Assembly (NCBI GenBank): GCA_963737065.1
Contig: CAVTRC010000002.1
Coordinates: 32,001-96,000, forward strand
DNA: 64,000 nt
Source of the DNA: Candidatus Eremiobacteria bacterium
GTDB lineage: Bacteria > Vulcanimicrobiota > Vulcanimicrobiia > Vulcanimicrobiales > Vulcanimicrobiaceae
Reading direction: 5' to 3'
Shown: positions 20,116 to 28,271 of the stretch, piece by piece
Position numbering within the stretch: position 1 is the first letter of the stretch
How the letters are laid out: each line of letters opens with the position of its first letter
Notes under the pieces: generated by a model
The model's database searches: none
Seen by the model: the letters and a program-made list of their open reading frames with translations, nothing else
What the model was told of the DNA's origin: nothing
Program-made: the position numbers and the translations under genes

Positions 20116-20166
20116 GTATCCACAAGAAACTGGTTGTTATTCACGTTTCGCGCGGCGTTATGCACA
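20116..20166 (+). promoter_or_regulatory. Three phased DnaA-box-like direct repeats
   Basis: GTATCCACA (20116), TTATTCACG (20137), TTATGCACA (20158); 21-bp period; 0-1 mismatch to TTATNCACA. Confidence 0.6.
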
Positions 20167-20186
20167 ACGCGGCGTGACGCACCGGT

Positions 20187-22046
20187 TCAACCTCCGCTCA
20201 GATCGACGATCATTTCCGTCGCGAGCGCGACGAAGAATCCGCACGCGAGCGCTGTCGTTACGGTGCTCGTGAGGCCGATGCGTTTGAGCACGCTCCACAT
20301 TTCGCCGATGACGAACACGAGCGCGCCGGCCGCGATCGTCAAGAAGAAAACGGAAAGCAACGGTGAGCTGAAAAAGTAACCGACGACGGTTCCAAGGAAC
20401 GTCGGGCCGCCGGCAACCAACCCCGCGAGTGCGATCTGTCCCCACGTCGGGACCATCCGTCCGGCCATTGGTGCGGCGATGCCGAAACCTTCGGTCGTAT
20501 TGTGCAATGCGAATCCGATGATTAGTCCGATTGCCAGTGCCGTAGCACCCGTCGCGGCCGATGCGCCGATTGCGAGCCCTTCGCCGAAATTGTGCGCGCC
20601 GATACCGAGCGCGATAACGGCCGAGAGCGCGTAGGGATGTTCGCCGGCTTCGTGCACGTGATGCTTCATGAACTGCATCGACGCACTGCCCAGACCAACG
20701 AGCCCGAGTAGAAACCCGCCGATGTACGCAACCACGAGCCACGCCGGAAACGCTCCTTGCCCCGCGTGCCAGATCGACATCGCTTGCGTTAACGGGATGG
20801 TTGCGTTCTGAGCGATTTCAACGACGAGAAAGACCAGAATTCCGATTGCGAGCGCGTTGAGGATCGCGATGACGTTCGGCGAAAGCCGGCGCGCGCGCGC
20901 GATGGGCAATCCAAGGAAGATTGTGAGTCCCGCGATTGCGCCGAGCAGCAGCGTCTTTTGCATCGAAAGCGGCGCGGGAGCGCTCGACGTCTTCATCGGC
21001 ATCATCGGCGCGCTCATCGAGGCGAACGTGTCCGGTGTTCCATGGTAGTGAAGCGCCGTGATCAGTCCCGCAGGCAACGAATCCGCGCCCTCTACGTGAT
21101 CCGCGACGTGGCAATGAACGAGCCAGGTGCCCGGTTTTGCATTTGCGGTCACGATCACGTCGACGCGTTGACCCGGCCCTACTTCGACCGTGTCTTCTTC
21201 GTCATCGCCGGAAACGGGACGGGCGTCGCGCTCGATGACATGCTGGTAGTGGCCGTGCGTGTGCATCGTGTGAAACTCTTCACCCGACATGCTGATCCAC
21301 CGTATGCGGATCCGTTGCCCTTTCCGAACGTCCAGTTGTTTCGTGTCCGGATACTCTTTGCCGTTGAGCGTCCAATGATTCTCGATGCCGCTCTGAATCA
21401 TCCACGAGGAAATCATCTCGACGTAGTCGTGCGCGACGTTTCGCTCCACTGGAAGCGGATGGCTCGGCACTACAACGATCGCGCCGTACAAACCCGACTC
21501 GAGCATCGCTTCCGTGCTGTGCGTGTGATAGATGAACGTGCCGGGTTGATTCGCAACGAACTCGTACCGAAACGTGCCGCCCGGCTGAACCATTGGTTGT
21601 GAGATTCCGGGAACGCCGTCCATGTCGACGCCGGTCCCGTGAATGCCATGCAAGTGAATCGTGTCGGGCATGTCACCGTCGTTCTGATAGTCGATAACGA
21701 CGGTGTCGCCTTGGTGCACTTGCAGAACCGGGCCGGGCACGACGCCGTTGTACGTCCGCGCCATCACGACCAGTCCGCTGCGAAGCGTCCACGGCGCTTG
21801 CCGTTCGACGATGTGGAAAACCTTCGTTCGGCCATGAACCTCGGGGACCGCCTGATAGCTGCCGTCATCGCGCGGGACGCTTCGAGATTCGCCCGGTGCG
21901 GGGGTGGCGACGGGGATCGCGCCCCGCAGCGGCTGTAAGCCTTGCGCCAGGCTCTGCGGTGTGCTGATGTGTTCGTCGGCGTCCGCGCGCGCGGCAATGG
22001 GAGAAAGGAAAAGCGCCAGAACCAGCGCGGACAAGAGCAGTCGCAT
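20187..22046 (-). CDS. Fusion: signal peptide + two-domain multicopper oxidase + ZIP-family metal transporter
   Basis: TIHLHG, YHTH, HTMHTHG, HCHVADH copper motifs; ZIP TM4/TM5 motifs HNFGEG and HNTTEG; one uninterrupted 619-aa ORF. Confidence 0.9.
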   Translation of the reverse strand: MRLLLSALVLALFLSPIAARADADEHISTPQSLAQGLQPLRGAIPVATPAPGESRSVPRDDGSYQAVPEVHGRTKVFHIVERQAPWTLRSGLVVMARTYNGVVPGPVLQVHQGDTVVIDYQNDGDMPDTIHLHGIHGTGVDMDGVPGISQPMVQPGGTFRYEFVANQPGTFIYHTHSTEAMLESGLYGAIVVVPSHPLPVERNVAHDYVEMISSWMIQSGIENHWTLNGKEYPDTKQLDVRKGQRIRIRWISMSGEEFHTMHTHGHYQHVIERDARPVSGDDEEDTVEVGPGQRVDVIVTANAKPGTWLVHCHVADHVEGADSLPAGLITALHYHGTPDTFASMSAPMMPMKTSSAPAPLSMQKTLLLGAIAGLTIFLGLPIARARRLSPNVIAILNALAIGILVFLVVEIAQNATIPLTQAMSIWHAGQGAFPAWLVVAYIGGFLLGLVGLGSASMQFMKHHVHEAGEHPYALSAVIALGIGAHNFGEGLAIGASAATGATALAIGLIIGFALHNTTEGFGIAAPMAGRMVPTWGQIALAGLVAGGPTFLGTVVGYFFSSPLLSVFFLTIAAGALVFVIGEMWSVLKRIGLTSTVTTALACGFFVALATEMIVDLSGG

Positions 22047-22051
22047 TGCGT

Positions 22052-22071
22052 AATTTAGTTTTGCCTAAATT
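22052..22071. promoter_or_regulatory. DtxR/MntR(SirR)-type operator candidate
   Basis: Perfect inverted repeat AATTTAG-N6-CTAAATT, 5 nt upstream of the MCO-ZIP ATG; same geometry as the SirR box TTAG-N6-CTAA. Confidence 0.7.
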
Positions 22072-22139
22072 GCCTTGTAGTCCCGCCAACTCCGCATATC
22101 GAGGGCAGGCGCGCCCGTGATCGGCCGGAAGTTTACCGC

Positions 22140-23693
22140 ATGACGTCCACGCTCAGGCTGCCCGGCACGGTCGAACTCGACGGGCGCCATCTCACGCTCG
22201 AAGCGATTGAAGCGGTTGCAAACGGCGCTCCCGTTACGATTTCTCAGGAAGCGCGCGAACGCGTCGTTCGCGCGCGCGCCTTCGTCGAGGAGCGGTTTGC
22301 GGAGGGTGAAGCAATCTACGGGGTAACCACCGGCTTCGGACGCCTCGCGAACGTGCCGGTCGACCCGAAAGACGCCGCGCAGTTGCAACTGAACCTCGTG
22401 CGCAGTCACGCCTCCGGCACGGGACCGCCGCTCGACAAGCGTCTCGTCCGCGCAGCAGGTGTCTTGCGCGTCAATTCACTCGCTGCCGGCCACTCGGGCG
22501 TCAAGCTCGAAACACTCGAATTGCTGGCGGGACTTCTCAATCGAGCCGTCACGCCCGTCGTTCCGTGCCAAGGGTCCGTTGGTGCAAGCGGCGATCTTGC
22601 GCCGCTCGCGCACATGTCGCTCACGCTGATCGGTGAGGGCGAAGCGTTCTATCAAAACGAACGTTTGCCGAGCGACGTCGCGCTCGCACGCGCTGGATTG
22701 GAACCGGTGACGCTCGGACCGAAAGAGGGGCTCGCGCTCATCAACGGCACGCAAATGATGACCGGCATCGCGGCGCTCGGGATTCTACGTGCGGAGCGCC
22801 TTGCCGCCGCGGCGGACGTGATCGGAGCGATGTCGCTCGAAGCGTTTCTCGGAACCGATCGCGTCTTCGACCGTCGCATCAACGACCTTCGCCCGCATCC
22901 CGGTCAGACGCGCGTGGCGGCGAACCTGCGCGCGCTGCTCGAGCGTTCGGAAATCATGCTCTCGCATCGCGAGTGCGGACGCGTGCAAGACCCGTACTCT
23001 TTCCGCTGCATTCCCGTCGTGCATGGAGCGGTGCGCGATTCGATCGCACATGTACGCAGCGTTGCGGAGATCGAAGCAAATTCCGTGACCGATAATCCGC
23101 TCGTCTTTCCTGACGACGGCGAGTTCCTCTCCGGCGGGAATTTCCACGGAGAACCGATCGCGCTCGCGATCGATTTCCTGAAATTTTCGATCAGCGAACT
23201 CGCATCCATTGCGGAGCGTCGTTTGTATTTGCTGCTCAATGCCGAGGACCGGGGCTTGCCGCTATTCTTGACCGGCCGTTCGGGATTGCAATCGGGATTG
23301 ATGATCGTCCAGTACGCCGCCGCAGCGGTGGTGAACGACAACAAAGGCTTGGCGTGGCCTTCGAGCGTCGATTCGATCCCGACCTCCGCCGGTCAAGAGG
23401 ACCACGTCAGCATGGGCATGACGTCGGCGAACAATCTTATGCGCGTGCTCGACAATGTCGAAGGCGCGCTCGCATGCGAACTTCTCGGTGCGCTGACCGC
23501 GACCGATTTCCGCCGCCCATTGAAATCCGGCGCCGGCACGCAAGCCGCGTATGACGTGGCCCGGACTTCCATTGCGCCGTGGACGGAAGACCGCGCCCCG
23601 GCGCCCGATATCGAAGCGGCACGCGAACTCATTCGCACGGGCGCACTAACGCAAGCAGCGACGCGCGCGACAGGTGCAAGGCTCGATCGGTAA
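22140..23693 (+). CDS. hutH: Histidine ammonia-lyase
   Basis: YGVTTGFG, GSVGASGDLAPLAH (ASG MIO), QDPYSFRC, GGNFHG, QEDHVSMG. Confidence 0.95.
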   Translation: MTSTLRLPGTVELDGRHLTLEAIEAVANGAPVTISQEARERVVRARAFVEERFAEGEAIYGVTTGFGRLANVPVDPKDAAQLQLNLVRSHASGTGPPLDKRLVRAAGVLRVNSLAAGHSGVKLETLELLAGLLNRAVTPVVPCQGSVGASGDLAPLAHMSLTLIGEGEAFYQNERLPSDVALARAGLEPVTLGPKEGLALINGTQMMTGIAALGILRAERLAAAADVIGAMSLEAFLGTDRVFDRRINDLRPHPGQTRVAANLRALLERSEIMLSHRECGRVQDPYSFRCIPVVHGAVRDSIAHVRSVAEIEANSVTDNPLVFPDDGEFLSGGNFHGEPIALAIDFLKFSISELASIAERRLYLLLNAEDRGLPLFLTGRSGLQSGLMIVQYAAAAVVNDNKGLAWPSSVDSIPTSAGQEDHVSMGMTSANNLMRVLDNVEGALACELLGALTATDFRRPLKSGAGTQAAYDVARTSIAPWTEDRAPAPDIEAARELIRTGALTQAATRATGARLDR

Positions 23694-23749
23694 CGCGTTG
23701 TTGTGAAACCCCCGAACTAACGATCGCCGAACGTGCGGCGCAACATCGA

Positions 23750-25129
23750 ATGGCCGCGCTTGTGAAGCGCCGTTCGTTCTTGCAGGCAACGGCGAGCGCA
23801 GCCGTCGTGCCGCTGATCGCAGCGGCGCCGAACGCGCAAACCATCGCGCGGCAAGTACGCGATGAGTTTCTGCACGCGTGGCAAGGCTATAAACGCTTTG
23901 CGTGGGGTTACGATGAAGTAAAACCGGCCAGCGGAGTGCCGTCGAATTTCTTTATTCCAACGCATTCCTTCGGTTTGTCGATTATCGAGGCGCTCGACAC
24001 ACTCTACGTGATGGAACTCGACGAAGAGCTCGCCGCATGCGTCGAATGGCTGCGAGCGCACGTCGATTTCGATGTTGACGGCAGCGTGCAGATGTTCGAA
24101 GCCGTAATCCGGATGGTCGCGGGATTCCTCTCGGGCTATTATGCGACCGGTGAACGGTTCATGCTCGACGCGTCGCGCGAGTTGGCGGACCGGCTCTTGC
24201 CGTGCTTCACGAAATCACCGACCGGCGCACCGTATCGATACGCGAATCTGAAGACCGGTGCCGTTTCGGATCCGAAGTCGAATCTCGCCGAAATCGGTAC
24301 CAATATTCTGGAATTCGGTGATCTCTCTCGATTGACCGGCGATCCGAAATATCTTAACGTGTCGATGCGCGCGTTTCAGACGGTCATCGCGAAACGCTCG
24401 CAGCTGAATTTACTTGGGACGAATTTCGATGTTGAGACGGGGCAATTCATTGGTGAAGACGACGTCGCGCCTGATGAGCCCGTGGATTCGTTCTACGAGT
24501 ACCTGTGGGGCGGCTGGCAGATGCTCGGCATCGCCCGGTGCCGCGACTGGTACCGCACGTTCACCGATGCGATCTTGAAGTACAAAATCGTTCGCGTTGA
24601 CGGACGGCTATGGTTTCAACCGGTGAACTATCGCAACGGGTCTCCAATCGGGCCTACACAACTTACCGAGCTGTCGTCATTCTACGCGGAGCTGGTCGCG
24701 AAAGGCGGCAATCGAGATATCGGGTCGGCATTCTACGACTCATGGACCGACGTACTCGACCGCTACACGCTAATCCCGGAAGCGATCGATTACACGACGC
24801 TCGCGATCGTCGATCCCGCATACGGCCTGCGACCCGAGTATCCGAACTCGGCGTTCGACCTCTGGTTCCTCACCGGTGACGAAAAGTACCGCCGAACCGC
24901 GTATCAATACTTCCAGGCCTTGCGAGCAAATTGTCGCGTCGCGAACGGCTACACGGTGCTCGAAGATGTACGAACGCGGCCAATGACACGTGGCGATCAC
25001 TTCCCTGCGTATTCGTTCAGCGAAAATTTCAAGTATTTGTATTTGATGTTTGCGGACTCGAAACGCTTCGACCCGTCATCATACTATCTAAATACCGAGG
25101 GAAAAGTGTTGCGGGGACTGGTCCGTTGA
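23750..25129 (+). CDS. Glycoside hydrolase family 47 (alpha-1,2-mannosidase-like) with Tat-type signal
   Basis: KRRSFL twin-arginine leader; HAWQGY..AWGYDE, FEAVIR, AEIGT..LEF, DSFYEYL, LRPE, SENFKYLYL, NTEG. Confidence 0.9.
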   Translation: MAALVKRRSFLQATASAAVVPLIAAAPNAQTIARQVRDEFLHAWQGYKRFAWGYDEVKPASGVPSNFFIPTHSFGLSIIEALDTLYVMELDEELAACVEWLRAHVDFDVDGSVQMFEAVIRMVAGFLSGYYATGERFMLDASRELADRLLPCFTKSPTGAPYRYANLKTGAVSDPKSNLAEIGTNILEFGDLSRLTGDPKYLNVSMRAFQTVIAKRSQLNLLGTNFDVETGQFIGEDDVAPDEPVDSFYEYLWGGWQMLGIARCRDWYRTFTDAILKYKIVRVDGRLWFQPVNYRNGSPIGPTQLTELSSFYAELVAKGGNRDIGSAFYDSWTDVLDRYTLIPEAIDYTTLAIVDPAYGLRPEYPNSAFDLWFLTGDEKYRRTAYQYFQALRANCRVANGYTVLEDVRTRPMTRGDHFPAYSFSENFKYLYLMFADSKRFDPSSYYLNTEGKVLRGLVR

Positions 25130-25329
25130 TGCGCCGCACCGTGTTAATGCTCGCGCTGCTGCTCATTGCGGCGGTCGAGATTCCGCAGTCCGAAATTGAC
25201 GCCGACAATGCGCGATGGAAAGCTTTCGGCGTGAATGCCGCCAGCGGCGGCAATCGTAAGCGCCGCCCGAAATTCTGCGTCAATGGATCAGCGCGCAGCG
25301 GCTCCGCGACGCATCCGGTCCGCACGTAG
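25129..25329 (+). CDS. Short ORF with signal peptide, possibly a truncated gene
   Basis: TGATG coupling to GH47; MRRTVLMLALLLIAA leader; 3' half looks uncharacteristic. Confidence 0.4.
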   Translation: MRRTVLMLALLLIAAVEIPQSEIDADNARWKAFGVNAASGGNRKRRPKFCVNGSARSGSATHPVRT

Positions 25330-25868
25330 AGTACGCGACGGATTCGTGCTTTGCGAACGCGTTGCACTTCAATTTAGAAGAGTAGCTTTGTGCAAACCTT
25401 GCGCAACCGTGATGGAGCTCGAACCTGCCGCCGCGCTCGCGCGCTAGCACCGCACGTCGCGCAAGACGGACCACTCTCACAGGCGTGTGCCGCTACTGCG
25501 GTGCGCGCCGATGGCGGCCGCGGCTGCGCTTCACCTCGTTCTCTCGGCGCAGGCTCACGTTCGGTGACTGCTGAGGAGCTGCGCCAGCGCGCCCTCGGCT
25601 TCGCTCGAGGCCAAATTCGACGATTCGGCCGCCGGAGAAATATCGAACGCGGCCTCATCGCGTATCTTAGCGCCGCAAACGTGGCGGCCGTCGCACGTAC
25701 GTCGCGCTGCCGGAAGAGCCGATTTTTCATTCCAAGCGATGCCACACCGATGGCACGGCGGTTTAGCAGAATTACAAGGCGCGACTGTCGGTGATGCACC
25801 GACTTCGGCGGACGTTTGAGAACGCTCGCACGAGCGCATGCATCACGGCCTTCGAAATGGAGTATCCG

Positions 25869-26429
25869 ATGTTCGATCTGCCGGCGTGGCTGCAAGTCGT
25901 CGTTGTTGGGCTCGTGCTTTTCGGCGCGGTTGTGCGACCGCGCGGAGTCGCAGTGTCGCTGCCGGCGATTGAGCGCCCGAGCGACGATCCGCTGTGGCAA
26001 CGCTTCAACGCAATCCGCAGCATCCTCGGCAATCAGAGCCGCCGGTTTGCCGACGTCGACGCCACGCTCGGCGTCATGGTGATTTTTGAAGTCACCGTAG
26101 CGTTCTGGGTTCTCGATAAGGCGCTGAACGCCACGCCGCCGCGAACCGCTTCAATCATCGTCGCGGCGTTAATGGCGATTCCAATTTTCGTTGCGATCGC
26201 GTCGATGCGATGCTTAGGCGGGAAAGAAAGCCCGAAGGCCACCGAGTTTCTCGTGGCGCTGGAGCAAGATGAAGGACGCGCTGTCGACGAAGCCATTCGA
26301 GAGACGACCGCGGACTTCGCGAAGAACGGCGAGAACCTGAAGGGTAAGGAAATCGGCGTTAACGTGTCCCTGGTGCTCTTCGCCGTGCTAGCCGTGGTTG
26401 AGCTCACCTGGACAAGGATGATACGATGA
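25869..26429 (+). CDS. Hypothetical membrane protein (about 4 TM)
   Basis: Within ORF 25791..26429; GGAG before ATG 25869; four hydrophobic segments. Confidence 0.65.
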   Translation: MFDLPAWLQVVVVGLVLFGAVVRPRGVAVSLPAIERPSDDPLWQRFNAIRSILGNQSRRFADVDATLGVMVIFEVTVAFWVLDKALNATPPRTASIIVAALMAIPIFVAIASMRCLGGKESPKATEFLVALEQDEGRAVDEAIRETTADFAKNGENLKGKEIGVNVSLVLFAVLAVVELTWTRMIR

Positions 26430-26572
26430 TTGTGACCATGTTGAAGAATCTTCTGAGCGACTTGCGGGACTTCGTCCAGATGTTTTTCGATCCGGAAGCA
26501 GTCTACGCACGCAATATCAAACCGGCACGCGGGCTCGATGCTCCGCGCGAGGACTGGAGCTACCCTCGATAG
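26426..26572 (+). CDS. Small hypothetical protein (48 aa)
   Basis: ATGA overlap; MIVTMLKNLLSDLRDFVQMFFDPEAVYARNIKPARGLDAPREDWSYPR; followed by a hairpin. Confidence 0.45.
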   Translation: MIVTMLKNLLSDLRDFVQMFFDPEAVYARNIKPARGLDAPREDWSYPR

Positions 26573-26589
26573 GGCAAGCGCATTTTTGC

Positions 26590-26625
26590 GAAGGGCGTCG
26601 GGAAACCGGCGCCCTTCTGCTTTCT
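26590..26625 (+). terminator. Strong hairpin, probable terminator
   Basis: 12-bp stem GAAGGGCGTCGG-GAAA-CCGGCGCCCTTC (one G.U), weak U tract. Confidence 0.55.
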
Positions 26626-27088
26626 ACGCAAGAGAAGCATTCGAATCGCGCTAGGCGCGCGCTCCACGAGCGACGGCAACCACGTCTCCACGAGGCGACG
26701 CTTCTTCTGTTGCTTCGACTTCGCTTTCGATTTCTGTTGAGCCGCGATAACGTTCATTGTAGCACGACGGTACTTCGGCGGCGTTTCGTGGAACGCGCGG
26801 CATTTTGTCATCCGCGACTCAATCATCGCGTGTGAAACGTGCGGGCGCGTCAGGCGGAGGTGTTTGACTGGCTCTTCGAGTCGGGATTCGGGCTCAATTC
26901 GGAACGAGAAGCAGCATAACCACATGAGGCATCGGGCAACCGACGATTACGGCGACGGCCGCTCCGTGGATGGGTATGGAATCACCGTCGATGTTTTGTT
27001 ACGCAACGGGCAGTCGCAAACCAGTGAATCGTTGTATCGCCTCGCAACGGCGCTCCAATCTCAGCGCCAAGGCGGGTACAATGGCGAC

Positions 27089-27440
27089 ATGCCGACGCTC
27101 GGCAAGACTCTGCTTTCGTTCGCATTCGCTACGTCGATCGCGGCTTGTACCGCGCAACAACAACAACAGACGAAAAGCGAGGTCAATCAGGCGGTGCGTA
27201 GCATCCCGACGCCCGTGAAAGTGGGTGCGCAAGACGCAGCGCTTACCGCCGAAGTCGCCGGCGTCATGGCTGCGCAGACCGGCGTTAATGCATTCAATGT
27301 CAAGCCGAGCGCGCATCGTCGGCGTCGTCACGTTAACGGGTAAGGTTCCGACGCGCGAAATAAAGTCGACGCTCATTGCCGCCGTTCGGCGCGTTCACGG
27401 GGTGACACGAATCGTCGATCGCATTACGATCCGCCGCTAG
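27089..27440 (+). CDS. BON-domain lipoprotein, +1 frameshift near 27317-27320
   Basis: Lipobox IAAC; QDAALTAEV..; continues in another frame as GVVTLTGKVPT...VRRVHGVTRIVDRITI. Confidence 0.8.
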
Positions 27441-27450
27441 GGAACGTCCG

Positions 27451-27972
27451 CTAGATATGATCTGCGAGGATCGCGAAGAGTTCGCGGCGTGCTTTGTCGA
27501 GCGCTGCTACCGCTTTGCGATACGATTCCATGTTGCCGGTGCGCGCGATTTGCTTTACCGCATCTCTGATTCCGTGCACTTGGCGCATCGCTTCGGCGAT
27601 GATGCCGTAGATGTTTTCGCCGTCGTACTCTTCGCCGTCGTTTTCGCGTTCGCGCTGCGAGAGCAACTCGCGCCCTTTGTCGGTGATTTCGTACGTGCGT
27701 TTTCCGTCGCGCTCTTGACCGCGGATGTAATCGCCGTCTTCAAGCATCTGCAACGCGGGATAGATCGATCCCGGGCTCGGGCGCATGCCGGTTTTTGATT
27801 CGATCTCGAGCATGATGTCGTAGCCGTGACGCGGCCCTTGCAACAAGCACTCGAGGATCTCGTACTTCATTTCGCCGCGCGCGCGTCCGCCGCGCATGCC
27901 GCGTCCGTGACGGAATCCGCCCGGGCCCCACGGGCCGCCGTAACCGTGCCGTCCGTGTTTAAAGTGGAACAT
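27451..27972 (-). CDS. PadR-family transcriptional regulator
   Basis: G/R-rich leader, PRHGYDIM, PSPGSIYPALQMLED, YEITDKG. Confidence 0.92.
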   Translation of the reverse strand: MFHFKHGRHGYGGPWGPGGFRHGRGMRGGRARGEMKYEILECLLQGPRHGYDIMLEIESKTGMRPSPGSIYPALQMLEDGDYIRGQERDGKRTYEITDKGRELLSQRERENDGEEYDGENIYGIIAEAMRQVHGIRDAVKQIARTGNMESYRKAVAALDKARRELFAILADHI

Positions 27973-28198
27973 TGAGGTGTTTCTCCGTGGGCTTGATGTG
28001 GGTTTGCGCGGGGCGCGAAGCCTGCACGCCTGCGTCGCCGCGCGCGATATCTTCGAGATCGCGGCGCGCGTTCGCGAGCACGACGAGCGCTTTGCGAATC
28101 ATCGCAACAACGACGACGAAAAATGTTTCTGCCTCACGCGTTCCGTGGCGATGGCGCCTAAAGCTGTGTTTGCACATTCTCAAGCATGCCTCCGTCAT
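27959..28198 (-). CDS. Hypothetical protein (79 aa) ahead of padR
   Basis: ATG 6 nt after a near-consensus promoter; overlaps the padR start. Confidence 0.55.
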   Translation of the reverse strand: MTEACLRMCKHSFRRHRHGTREAETFFVVVVAMIRKALVVLANARRDLEDIARGDAGVQASRPAQTHIKPTEKHLNVPL

Positions 28199-28204
28199 GA
28201 CGCG

Positions 28205-28233
28205 ATACTATTCGATATATCGCGTAATGTCAA
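28205..28233 (-). promoter_or_regulatory. Sigma70 promoter with an internal palindrome (probable PadR operator)
   Basis: TTGACA - 17 bp - TAGTAT; palindrome CGATATATCG at 28213-28222 in the spacer. Confidence 0.8.
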
Positions 28234-28271
28234 GCGGGCTTGTGCGCCGGCTCGCCTAAGACCCCTCCGCT

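Noticed and set aside
20100..20170. oriC
   Set aside because: Only three boxes, no AT-rich unwinding element, no dnaA/dnaN context
19796..20272. ORFs 19796..20125 (-) and 19844..20272 (+)
   Set aside because: No SD or motifs; they cross a terminator and overlap neighbouring genes
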